IMG/VR virus record: IMGVR_UViG_3300032268_001411
Location: 11,594-75,593 of that record
Length of the DNA stretch: 64,000 nt
Source: a virus
Direction: 5' to 3' (one strand)
Part shown: positions 41,069 through 50,321 of the stretch, piece after piece
Position numbering within the stretch: the stretch's first letter is position 1
Layout: each line of letters starts with the position of its first letter
Translations under genes and position numbers: made by a program
Notes under the pieces: model-generated
Told to the model about the DNA's origin: nothing
Databases searched by the model: none
What the model saw: only the letters and a program-made list of their open reading frames with translations

Positions 41069-41725
41069 ATGAGACTAAAGAAATATTTAGAATTAATTAA
41101 GGAATCTAAAAGTATAGATGGTTCAATTTTACAAAAATTACAAATCTATCTTACTGATTCAATCGGAAGTAGCGTTCGTTCATTAGGACTAACTGCTACT
41201 GATATGCAACAAATCTGTACTGATTTAGATATTGAAACTGTAGAAGAGTTTTTAGAATTTTATCCATTCCCGAATCAAAGAATTAGGGGATACGTAGAAG
41301 AGTTTTTCTCTGGTAAAGGGGAAGAATTATTCTACGGACAAGATGAAGAAGACTATTATAGTTTCGATGATGATGATGATGACGATGATGACGATGATGA
41401 GGAATATGTAGAAGAGGATGAAGAGGATTTGGGTGGGGTGGCAGCATTAGCACACAGGATGTTAGAAGAAAGTGGTCTTGAGAATTTTTATGTTTCGAAT
41501 AAGGGTAATAATATTTCGATTCAATTTGTCTTAAACAAAAAGGAGAAGTTCTCTAAACTAACAAAGATACTCGGACTTATAAAGAAATTAGGTTCTGATA
41601 TTCTAATCCAATATGATTCTGAAATGGATTTATGGGAAACAAAAAGAGAAGATCCACTTTTAACTTTTGATTTCTATTATAATAAGGACACAAAAGGAAA
41701 ATTTAAAGAAGATTTGCCTTTTTAG
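41069..41725 (+). CDS. Acidic hypothetical protein with CTS-like leader
   Basis: MRLKKYLELIKES; poly-Asp tract. Confidence 0.7.
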   Translation: MRLKKYLELIKESKSIDGSILQKLQIYLTDSIGSSVRSLGLTATDMQQICTDLDIETVEEFLEFYPFPNQRIRGYVEEFFSGKGEELFYGQDEEDYYSFDDDDDDDDDDDEEYVEEDEEDLGGVAALAHRMLEESGLENFYVSNKGNNISIQFVLNKKEKFSKLTKILGLIKKLGSDILIQYDSEMDLWETKREDPLLTFDFYYNKDTKGKFKEDLPF

Positions 41726-41774
41726 ACTAAACTTTACCTTTTAAAAATTATATATAGTTTAATAATTCTAAAAT

Positions 41775-42125
41775 GTGGGTGAAATTGGCAATCGATTCGC
41801 GAGGTGGAGTTAGTTCTGCAAACATCGGTGGATATTATCCGATTAACAAATAGATATCAAAACGCTTTAAACGGCAACACAAACGAAGTAGGAAGCAAAG
41901 AAGATTTAGTATTTGCCCTACGCAACAACATCCTTACGGTCAACGAGGTAGCTGCTTAAGCTGAACAGTTCCAAACAGTCCAGACACTGAAAAGTCTCGT
42001 TGAAAGTCAGAATAAAACGTTAAACTTAACTGAATATTTTGTCCATTTAGAAAAATTGACTAAGTTTGTAAATGAAGAATTAAAAACAATCGAAGAAGAC
42101 CAGGGTTCAAATCCCTGCACCTACA
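41775..42125 (+). ncRNA. ssrA: tmRNA
   Basis: Acceptor stem GTGGGTG/CACCTAC with G3-U70 and discriminator A; T arm CAGGG-TTCAAAT-CCCTG; tag ORF 41873-41959 ends GCT GCT TAA; 351 nt. Confidence 0.9.
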
Positions 42126-42130
42126 CAATC

Positions 42131-42159
42131 AAAAGTCTCAAATAAATTTGAGACTTTTT
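42131..42159 (+). terminator. Intrinsic terminator after tmRNA
   Basis: AAAAGTCTCAAA-loop-TTTGAGACTTTT. Confidence 0.8.
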
Positions 42160-42181
42160 CCTCTTAAAAAGTTAAACAATA

Positions 42182-43141
42182 ATGAAATATATTATTAAAT
42201 GGGAAAACTTCAATGAGTCCAAGGGTATATCAGATTCTTGTGAAAAAATATTAAATACAATATGGAGTGACATAGAAATCAATATTAATAATTCGAATTC
42301 ATTTTATTCACATTTCAATATAGATGAGTCAGATTTTAAGTGCAAAAATATTAGCTTAAATTTTACAATAGTCGAGGGGAATGAAAATTTATGTAACGCA
42401 CAAACTATACTAAATGATTCAAAAATAGAAAACGGTTATTTAACTAATTTGGAAATAAAAGTCAGTATTCTTTATAAAGAAATTGATGATGAATTTTTGT
42501 ATTATATAAAATCAGTTTTATTTCATGAGCTATTACACATATTTCAACATTATAATATTTTACTTGGTAATAAATTTAGACCAGAATCGTTTTCTATTGG
42601 CAGTGTAATACCACAACTAAGGAATATCGTAAAAACAAAATTTGGTGAGTATATCTTGGATATTTTATACTATTCCCTAACACACGAGTTATCCGCTCAA
42701 ATTCATCAATACTATTTATACAGAATAAATAATAGAGAATATAAAAGAATTTTTGATATAAGAAAACTTCTTGATAGATTTAAGATTAGCAATATTTCTC
42801 CAGATGAAGAAAATGATGTAAAATTTATAAAAAAACATATCATTGGATCTATTAAACATTTTACTAAAAATTCAAATTATTTGAAAGATAGCAATAAATC
42901 AATTTGGAGTGAAGATGATTTAAATAAATTTTTATTGAAATTCAAAAACTTATTGGACTTTAAAGTAAAATGGATAGACAAGAAAATGAAACTTATTGAT
43001 GATAAGATTAATCAAAGTAGAATTATAAAATATGATGAGAACATTACATTACCACAAGATTGGAACTTTTATGATATTTACAATGTTTATGATTTTATAA
43101 AAGAAAATCTCAACGACGCAAAAAATAAAGATTTTGTCTAA
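42182..43141 (+). CDS. Putative zincin metalloprotease with CTS-like leader
   Basis: FHELLH plus a downstream Glu (HELSAQ); MKYIIKWENFNES. Confidence 0.6.
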   Translation: MKYIIKWENFNESKGISDSCEKILNTIWSDIEININNSNSFYSHFNIDESDFKCKNISLNFTIVEGNENLCNAQTILNDSKIENGYLTNLEIKVSILYKEIDDEFLYYIKSVLFHELLHIFQHYNILLGNKFRPESFSIGSVIPQLRNIVKTKFGEYILDILYYSLTHELSAQIHQYYLYRINNREYKRIFDIRKLLDRFKISNISPDEENDVKFIKKHIIGSIKHFTKNSNYLKDSNKSIWSEDDLNKFLLKFKNLLDFKVKWIDKKMKLIDDKINQSRIIKYDENITLPQDWNFYDIYNVYDFIKENLNDAKNKDFV

Positions 43142-43164
43142 ATAATAAAATAAAAATAATAAAT

Positions 43165-43320
43165 ATGAAAGAATTACTTTTACACCCAGTTACATCTATT
43201 ATCATCAAAACTTTGGCAGTTTTATGGATAGTCTACAATTTCACTTTTATGAGCGTGATTACCCTACTAATACTAATCTGTGCTTATGATGCAATTAGTG
43301 ATTTCTATAAAGAAAATTAG
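43165..43320 (+). CDS. 51-aa membrane protein
   Basis: Not in the ORF track; MKELLLHPVTSIIIKTLAVLWIVYNFTFMSVITLLILICAYDAISDFYKEN. Confidence 0.55.
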   Translation: MKELLLHPVTSIIIKTLAVLWIVYNFTFMSVITLLILICAYDAISDFYKEN

Positions 43321-43394
43321 TAGAATTATCCCAAAATCAAAAGTTTCAAATTTATTTGAGACTTTTTTAATATATAGAAATAAAAACGTCTTCA

Positions 43395-44063
43395 ATGAGA
43401 ATATTAAAATATTTCGAGAATTTTTTGAATCAAAGTCACGAGGAAAAAGCTTATACAAAAATGTTTTCATTTCGTCAAGGTGAAGGTGGTTGTATAAATT
43501 GTAATACAAATTCCATCAGTATAATACAAAAAGAAACAAATATATTATATGATTTCAAGAAGTATATAAATTTTGAGGGTAATATATTCAATTCAAAAGT
43601 TCGTAATATATCAACTATAAGCATAACTTCTCAAAAAACTAAAAATGATTTAGCTAAATTAGGAATAGTTTCAAACAAAACAAAAATAGTTAAATATCCG
43701 GATATACCTGAAAATCTACAAAATCACTTTATGAGAGGAGTTTTTGATGGTGATGGATGTATTTCACTAAGATGTGATAAAAGAGATGGTAATCAAAGAG
43801 GACAAGTAAATATATGTTCTGGTAGTTATGATTTCATCAAAGAATATTACGACAAATTAGTCAAATTTTGTAGTCTTTCCGGAAAAAATAAAATCAGAAA
43901 TCCAAAAGGAACTTACTATGTTGTAGATTGGGGAGGATTTTCAGATGTAGAGAATATCTATGAATTTTTTTATAAAGACGCTACAGTCTATTTGAGCAGA
44001 AAAAAAGAAACTTTTGAGAAAGTAATCTCTATAACAAAAGAAAAAATTAAATATAGAAAATAA
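43395..44063 (+). CDS. LAGLIDADG homing endonuclease, first motif degenerate, CTS-like leader
   Basis: HFMRGVFDGDGCI; YLSRKK. Confidence 0.8.
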   Translation: MRILKYFENFLNQSHEEKAYTKMFSFRQGEGGCINCNTNSISIIQKETNILYDFKKYINFEGNIFNSKVRNISTISITSQKTKNDLAKLGIVSNKTKIVKYPDIPENLQNHFMRGVFDGDGCISLRCDKRDGNQRGQVNICSGSYDFIKEYYDKLVKFCSLSGKNKIRNPKGTYYVVDWGGFSDVENIYEFFYKDATVYLSRKKETFEKVISITKEKIKYRK

Positions 44064-44064
44064 T

Positions 44065-45015
44065 ATGTGTGCTGCGATGGTTTCTTATTTTGGAGGCAAG
44101 AGTTCCTCTGTATTCCTTGATTTTATTAATAAAAAGATTCCAAAGACAGGTATCAAAACCTACCTAGAGCCCTTTGCTGGAAGTTACGCTACGTACCTCG
44201 ATGATGATACTCTTAACTTCGAAAAAGTCATTTATAATGACAAAAACAGACATCAAGTTAATCTTTATAGATGTTGTGCTGAGCCAGAAAAATTCTTACC
44301 GGTTTTAGAAAAACTAAAACAAACACTCTTACACACAACTGAAACTGATCCACTTAAAAAATGGGATTTCTATAAAGCACTTTACAGAAAGTATGTAGAT
44401 AATGATTTCTTAGATAATAATGATTTTGAGATTGGTGACTTTAAGAGAGCCGCTATCTATGCTTTCCTTATTACATCAAGCTTCTCTAGTGTGTTCCCCA
44501 AAAATGCAGGCTTCAGTGGTTATAAAAAAGATAAAGATAGACTCAAATTAGAAGTACTTATCGATAAATTGAAGAAGAATAAATATACACAGAAGCTACA
44601 ATCTATCACAGAGTTCAATAATATTGATTTTCAAGAATTAATTCTTAAATATGATAGTCCAGAAACCTACATTTACCTTGATCCCCCGTACTGTCGCTTC
44701 GATGAAGAAAAAGGAGATGATGATGCGAAAAGATTATCTTGGTATGGTGCAGCTGATGACTCTGTCTTTGGTATAGCTTCGCACAGAAGACTTTTAGAAT
44801 TGATTAAAGGCATAGAAAGTAGATGGTCACTATCATACTATTACTTCCCTCTCTTAGAAGAATTATTACCAAAAGATAAATATTTCTGGTTTGAAAAAGA
44901 AGTTAATAGAAGTTCTGCAAATGGTGGAAACAATCACGAATCAAAAGGTAAAGCAGCCAAAGGCACCGAACTCTTAATTCTTAACTATAATCTAGAAACA
45001 GGTGAAAAGGTATGA
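44065..45015 (+). CDS. DNA adenine methyltransferase (Dam/D12 class)
   Basis: YFGGKS, EPFAGS, YND, YLDPPY, ELLILNY. Confidence 0.88.
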   Translation: MCAAMVSYFGGKSSSVFLDFINKKIPKTGIKTYLEPFAGSYATYLDDDTLNFEKVIYNDKNRHQVNLYRCCAEPEKFLPVLEKLKQTLLHTTETDPLKKWDFYKALYRKYVDNDFLDNNDFEIGDFKRAAIYAFLITSSFSSVFPKNAGFSGYKKDKDRLKLEVLIDKLKKNKYTQKLQSITEFNNIDFQELILKYDSPETYIYLDPPYCRFDEEKGDDDAKRLSWYGAADDSVFGIASHRRLLELIKGIESRWSLSYYYFPLLEELLPKDKYFWFEKEVNRSSANGGNNHESKGKAAKGTELLILNYNLETGEKV

Positions 45016-45713
45016 AAGTAAAAGATTTGAAGGGTGAGATTAAGATAGACTCAGATTTTTCAAGAATACTTAAAAGAGATGATAGGATTAATCTCTATAA
45101 ACCTATTGATTTTAGGTTAAGTTATACAAAGGAATACTTCTCACTTGTAGATGATAATTATATAGATAATAATCTAATTTCCGCTGTTAAAAATGAAATC
45201 GAACAAAAAATTGATGAATCTTTACTTCTTAAATATGAGAATTTTAGTGAAGAACATTTAGATGTCAGTGATTTAACTTATGAATATACTATTATTAGAT
45301 TAAGAGATTTTTTGAGTGAATGTAATACTGATTTTATGGTTGCTGATTATAAAATTGCCACTCATTTCTTTTCTTCTGATTTTTTTGTTCCATCAAAACC
45401 GACTACTGGTATTTCAAGATCTATTTTTCATTATGGTACACTTTACGATAAAATAGATTACTTTATTAATCATTCTATTGGTGATAATAATAACATAATC
45501 TTATGTGGTAAGAGAGGGAGTTTTTCTTATAATTTTTATTTGGAGTGGGTTCGTGTTGTTGAAGATGAATTGAATATTAATTTAGATGTTAGATATTATT
45601 TACAAACTAATATAAATGAGAGTGACTTCTTTAGACTCCACTTCCATATTGATAAAGATACTATTCCGAAATCATTTACTAGAGATAAAACTATTGATAA
45701 TCTACTAAATTAA
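45012..45713 (+). CDS. Degenerate major-capsid-like paralog
   Basis: Motif-level match to the gp23 C-terminal region of this window (see findings). Confidence 0.45.
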   Translation: MKVKDLKGEIKIDSDFSRILKRDDRINLYKPIDFRLSYTKEYFSLVDDNYIDNNLISAVKNEIEQKIDESLLLKYENFSEEHLDVSDLTYEYTIIRLRDFLSECNTDFMVADYKIATHFFSSDFFVPSKPTTGISRSIFHYGTLYDKIDYFINHSIGDNNNIILCGKRGSFSYNFYLEWVRVVEDELNINLDVRYYLQTNINESDFFRLHFHIDKDTIPKSFTRDKTIDNLLN

Positions 45714-45784
45714 AAAAGAGTTGAAAATTCAACTCTTTTTATTTTTTACATATCTCCCCAATTTGGAATTGGTGCCCAAGTATC

Positions 45785-45895
45785 TTATTCTTCATCTGTC
45801 CAATCATCGTCATATTGTAATGGTGTCAATCCTAAAAAATCAGCGATATAATCACAATCTGCATCTTGTAGGTAATCGTGTTTTAACTTTTTCAT
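45785..45895 (-). CDS. 36-aa acidic peptide
   Basis: MKKLKHDYLQDADCDYIADFLGLTPLQYDDDWTDEE; followed by the hairpin at 45713-45740. Confidence 0.45.
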   Translation of the reverse strand: MKKLKHDYLQDADCDYIADFLGLTPLQYDDDWTDEE

Positions 45896-45966
45896 ATTCT
45901 ATTTTTTTTTTTGTGATTTTCACTATAAAGATATATATTTATTTTTAAAAATCAAATTTATTTTTT

Positions 45967-47625
45967 TTAACCACATTCTGGACAACTAACCTCACCATGT
46001 CCATAACAGTAATCACACTGTAAAGCACCATTCCCCTCACATTCACCACAATCTATACATCCTTCACCAGAACAATCCTCACATTTGAATGTACCTTCAC
46101 CTGAACAATCTTCACATTTGATAGTTCCTTCACTATCACATTCTCCACACTCTAATTTTCCTTTACCTTCACAACTGGAACACTCTTCCCCTTCTTCCCC
46201 TTCACCACTTCCTTCACAATCAATACACTCTATATCTCCGTGACCAGAACAAGATTCACATTCTATCGTTCCGTCACCTGAACATTCACCACATTCAAAA
46301 CTACCATCGCCATCACAATTACTGCACTCTACTGTACCATTACCACCACAATAATCACACTCAACTTCACAGTTACCACCACATTCAGGACACTCAACTT
46401 CATTACCACCACAATAATCACACTCACTACCTGCATATCCTCCACCAGTATCTGTAAGTTCCAAAGCATCACCATATTTTTTAGTAGAAAGAGTTCCATC
46501 ATTAACAGAATAATATTTAAGTGTATCTACATATGGATAATAATCATAATGCTTTGCTTTTATCTCGACAACTATGGATCCGAAGTCAACTTCTTTACCC
46601 TCTGGACTTATCATTTCAGAAGTTGACCAATGATCGTTATTGACTTTTCTATACCAGCCGTTTGCTTTTGCATATTGTCTAAAAAGTTCAAAGTCAGAAT
46701 CTTCATGGACATAAGTTCTATCCATATAGATAATACCTTCTTTAGGTTCACTTAAAGTCCAAACTAACGCTCTACCTCTAATTTTTTTACCATCTTCTGT
46801 TTTTAAGATTAATAGGCTACAAACATCTGGATTTTGAATATAAATCTGAAAGTATCTTTGACAATTATCATATCTCATACAAGAAGTAGAAAGTGTGCCT
46901 TTTGTCGTTCCTAATTGATAGTTATCCACGTGATACCAATATTTAATTTTATCACCTTTCACCAATTCAAAATGTCTAAAAACATCATTCTTTTGTTCAA
47001 TCGCAGATCTATATTTAGAAACAAAATCTTCAATCACTGTATCCGAAAAGTTTTGTTTAGCCGCACTCAATATAGCTCTAATTCCTCTACCAACACGAAT
47101 TGGTTGACGATTCATCAAGAAGGGTAAATTTGATATTTCTTCGTATCTAACCTTAGTTTCGTTGATTACAGTTGTACCACCGGGAAATTTAATTTTCAAG
47201 TAAATGGTACCACTGCTTGGTGATACAATTCTTTTTAGGACTTCCCCCTTTTCATCAATTTGTGGTTTATAAGCTTTCTCACCAACTGGTTCATACTCAA
47301 GAAGTTCAAATAGTTCAGAATTGGCTTCTGAGTGAGTTGGAATACCACCTCCACCCATATAATAGACAACTTTTTGAGCGTTTTCTGGCTTTAATATTTG
47401 TTGAGCCTTTTTATCGGTGATAAAAGAAATTTCTTCTTTGTTTTTTGTAATATCGATGTAATTATTAGTTAGGGTTAAATCATCACCTTTAGATTCGATA
47501 TCGATTAAGGCTGTTGCTACTGGAGATTCAATTCCCCTAAGAATATTCTTGAAATCATCAGAATAAACTAAAACTGATTCTAAAAGTAGTGATTCAAGTA
47601 AAAAATCTTTGTATCTATTAATCAT
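45967..47625 (-). CDS. Phage protein of the SCMRY/RALVW/DRxY family with 14 C-terminal CxxC zinc motifs
   Basis: MINRYKDFLLES leader; TSCMRY, GRALVW, YMDRTY, YPYVDT; DnaJ-type CxxCxGxG repeats. Confidence 0.75.
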   Translation of the reverse strand: MINRYKDFLLESLLLESVLVYSDDFKNILRGIESPVATALIDIESKGDDLTLTNNYIDITKNKEEISFITDKKAQQILKPENAQKVVYYMGGGGIPTHSEANSELFELLEYEPVGEKAYKPQIDEKGEVLKRIVSPSSGTIYLKIKFPGGTTVINETKVRYEEISNLPFLMNRQPIRVGRGIRAILSAAKQNFSDTVIEDFVSKYRSAIEQKNDVFRHFELVKGDKIKYWYHVDNYQLGTTKGTLSTSCMRYDNCQRYFQIYIQNPDVCSLLILKTEDGKKIRGRALVWTLSEPKEGIIYMDRTYVHEDSDFELFRQYAKANGWYRKVNNDHWSTSEMISPEGKEVDFGSIVVEIKAKHYDYYPYVDTLKYYSVNDGTLSTKKYGDALELTDTGGGYAGSECDYCGGNEVECPECGGNCEVECDYCGGNGTVECSNCDGDGSFECGECSGDGTIECESCSGHGDIECIDCEGSGEGEEGEECSSCEGKGKLECGECDSEGTIKCEDCSGEGTFKCEDCSGEGCIDCGECEGNGALQCDYCYGHGEVSCPECG

Positions 47626-47637
47626 ATTTAATTTTTT

Positions 47638-48696
47638 TTAATTTGCTTCTGTATATAACCAATCATATACTTGTTGAACATTCTCAAGTGCTGCTGCCAC
47701 GTGATCTTCTGCCCAATCGTGTCCATTATTCAATAATTTATCTACTTCTTCTTCATCCATATCAAGTATATCTTCACAGAATCTAACCATATTCTCCAGG
47801 TTAGCAAAAAACATATAGTTATTATGTTTTTTTGATTCCTTAACTTTTTCTTCATAATCAGATTTATTCGTTAAGAAGTTATAAACGTGAGAAAGTGATT
47901 CTTTAGCTGTAGAAATATGTGTTTCAGCCCAATTGTGCCCATTAGAAAGTAAATCATCTACTTCATCTAAATCACAATCTAAGATTGCCTCTGCATATCT
48001 GTGAATTGTTTCAATGTTTCCGAAAAACATATAAGAAGAAGATCCTTCGTGAGAATACTCTTCTTCATCATCACACCCACAGTCGTCATCATCACATCCA
48101 CAATCGTCCTCATCTTCTTCATAATCACCACCATCTAACATATCCATAATTGTTTCCATTTCATCTTCCATCTCACCACATTCACAATCATCACAACAAT
48201 GGCAATCGGACTCACCTGTGCAATCATCACAACAACCACATCCCTGATAATCATCCTTCTCCTGTGGAGATGAACTATCATTTAGATTACGATTGGTTTG
48301 AGGAACTTGTGGATCGTTTACCAAAAATGAAACGAATGATTCAAAATTTTTAAGCTTTGTTGGCTCTACAACATCAGTATTGTTTTTGAAGAAATGATTT
48401 GGATTAATGGCATCATCTACTACTTTGAGTGGTACCCCTTTATCTTGGGGAAAATCTTGTTGAATTTGTTTTTTTCTACCCCTTGTTTCATCTTCTGTTG
48501 AAGAGTCGTATTTGTGAGATACTTTATTATATTTTGATTTAAATTTATGTGGTAAATCATAGTTTGGTTCATCGATATAAGAACGTTCAATTTCTCCTAA
48601 TTCATCTTTTTCCGCCCTTTCTTTGTTTACAAAATCTTTGAAATGTTGAATTCGAGAATAGGGTGTTTGATAGTTATTTGTGTTATCTTTTCTCAC
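47638..48696 (-). CDS. Acidic Cys-rich protein with a duplicated ~55-aa C-terminal domain
   Basis: CGCCDDC clusters; YMFFxN...NGHxWAExH occurs twice. Confidence 0.7.
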   Translation of the reverse strand: MRKDNTNNYQTPYSRIQHFKDFVNKERAEKDELGEIERSYIDEPNYDLPHKFKSKYNKVSHKYDSSTEDETRGRKKQIQQDFPQDKGVPLKVVDDAINPNHFFKNNTDVVEPTKLKNFESFVSFLVNDPQVPQTNRNLNDSSSPQEKDDYQGCGCCDDCTGESDCHCCDDCECGEMEDEMETIMDMLDGGDYEEDEDDCGCDDDDCGCDDEEEYSHEGSSSYMFFGNIETIHRYAEAILDCDLDEVDDLLSNGHNWAETHISTAKESLSHVYNFLTNKSDYEEKVKESKKHNNYMFFANLENMVRFCEDILDMDEEEVDKLLNNGHDWAEDHVAAALENVQQVYDWLYTEAN

Positions 48697-48736
48697 TTTT
48701 TTAAGTTAATTTTTTGATTATTTATATATTAAAATA

Positions 48737-49426
48737 TTATTTTAGCTTTTCGTCCAAAATTTTAGCAATGTTACTTCCTATCATAAAGTGGATATTTTGT
48801 AGTGTATCGGATTCTATTGTTTGATAATCATCTAAAAATCTAAATTGAAATTTATAGGTATCAAAATCATCTTTTTCTTTGCCTTCCCTTTTAGATATTG
48901 AGAGGAAAATCCTATAATTATTATTGATATTGATTTCAAAATCAAATGTAATTTTATCACAAGGTACAGTTTTGAATTTGGGATTGTAAAGTACTTCAAA
49001 TATAGAATAGTCGGTAATTTTTGCCCTTTTCATATAATAGTTTAAGAACATTGCTGGTGCTTCGATAAAATCTGATAAGATTTGAATATCTTGTCCGAAG
49101 TCATTTGATTCTATAATATCTCCTACTTTATTTTTTAGTTCTACCACATTCCTAAATTCAACTTTTCGATAAACACAATTAATATCATAAAGATAAATAA
49201 ATGAATTATCAATTAAATTTATTTTATCTAAATCAGTTTTGAATACAAATTTTGTATGTATGATTAAGGTATCAACAGTTGATAAATTATGTACAGATAT
49301 GACTAATTTATAGAACTCTTTATTGTCTGATAATTCATAAACTGATTCTACAGAAGATACTTTACCTTCTTCTTCTTCAAAGATTTCTTTGAAAGCGCTT
49401 TCTATTTCAGATATTTTTGTTTTCAT
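48737..49426 (-). CDS. Hypothetical protein
   Basis: 229-aa ORF. Confidence 0.7.
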   Translation of the reverse strand: MKTKISEIESAFKEIFEEEEGKVSSVESVYELSDNKEFYKLVISVHNLSTVDTLIIHTKFVFKTDLDKINLIDNSFIYLYDINCVYRKVEFRNVVELKNKVGDIIESNDFGQDIQILSDFIEAPAMFLNYYMKRAKITDYSIFEVLYNPKFKTVPCDKITFDFEININNNYRIFLSISKREGKEKDDFDTYKFQFRFLDDYQTIESDTLQNIHFMIGSNIAKILDEKLK

Positions 49427-49442
49427 TTTGTTTTCTTTTTTT

Positions 49443-50321
49443 TTAAATGTATTGATATCCTTTTATTTTTTCTGGTACAGTAATACCTGCTTCCCCACAA
49501 GCTTCTTCAAATCTATGTTTGACTATTTGATTTGGAGCTCTAAAGTAATTGTAGTCTAAACTATATTGAAATGATTTAAAATTGGGAAATAATTTATAGA
49601 CATTATGTATAGGGTTATCTTCTATATCAAAATTTCTCCCAATTTTAACAAATTCTAATTCATCATTTATAATAGTTAATTGATTATTTGAACAATAAAA
49701 ATCACCACCTACTCCTTTAGGACAACCCTCTAATGTAGTTAATTTATTGTTATAACACCAAAAACTATCAACTACTTCCTTAGGGCAACCCTCTAATGTA
49801 GTTAATTTATTGTTATGACACCAAAAATTACCACCTACTTCCCCCGGGCAGCCCTCCAATGTAGTTAATTTATTATTATGACAATTAAAATTACCACCTA
49901 CTTTCCCCGGACATCCCTCTAATGTAGTTAATTTATTGTTATCGCAATTAAAATTACCACCCACTTTCCCCGGGCATCCCTCTAATGTAGTTAATTTATT
50001 ATTATGACAATGAAAACTACCACCTACTTCCCCTGGACACCCCTCTAATGTAGTTAATTTATTATTGTGACAATAAAAATTACCACCTACTTCCTTAGGA
50101 CACATATTTAAATTATCTAAGTTATTGTATTCGCAAAAAAAGCTACCCGTAACTCTACCAAATTTTAGAGGAAGTTTAGATAGGTTTTTTTCGGATACTC
50201 TAACATTCCCATCAACATCAACCGTTCCATCTTCATTTATAGTATAATTTTGTATACCATATTTTTTGCAAATAGAGTCAATATCTTCAACTGATTCATT
50301 AAACTTTTTTAAGTATTTCAT
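49443..50321 (-). CDS. 22-aa LRR-like repeat protein with CTS-like leader (paralog of 38633)
   Basis: NNKLTTLEGCPxxVGGNFxC repeats; same N- and C-caps as 38633. Confidence 0.85.
   Translation of the reverse strand: MKYLKKFNESVEDIDSICKKYGIQNYTINEDGTVDVDGNVRVSEKNLSKLPLKFGRVTGSFFCEYNNLDNLNMCPKEVGGNFYCHNNKLTTLEGCPGEVGGSFHCHNNKLTTLEGCPGKVGGNFNCDNNKLTTLEGCPGKVGGNFNCHNNKLTTLEGCPGEVGGNFWCHNNKLTTLEGCPKEVVDSFWCYNNKLTTLEGCPKGVGGDFYCSNNQLTIINDELEFVKIGRNFDIEDNPIHNVYKLFPNFKSFQYSLDYNYFRAPNQIVKHRFEEACGEAGITVPEKIKGYQYI

Noticed and set aside
42095-42128. Stand-alone tRNA
   Set aside because: The acceptor partner strand is about 350 nt upstream and there is no anticodon arm; it is the tmRNA 3' end
49680-50100. 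Variable repeats as a diversity-generating retroelement target
   Set aside because: Some changes fall at adenines of AAT codons, but others (TGG, TCA, synonymous third positions) do not. No reverse transcriptase or non-coding template repeat lies in the window.
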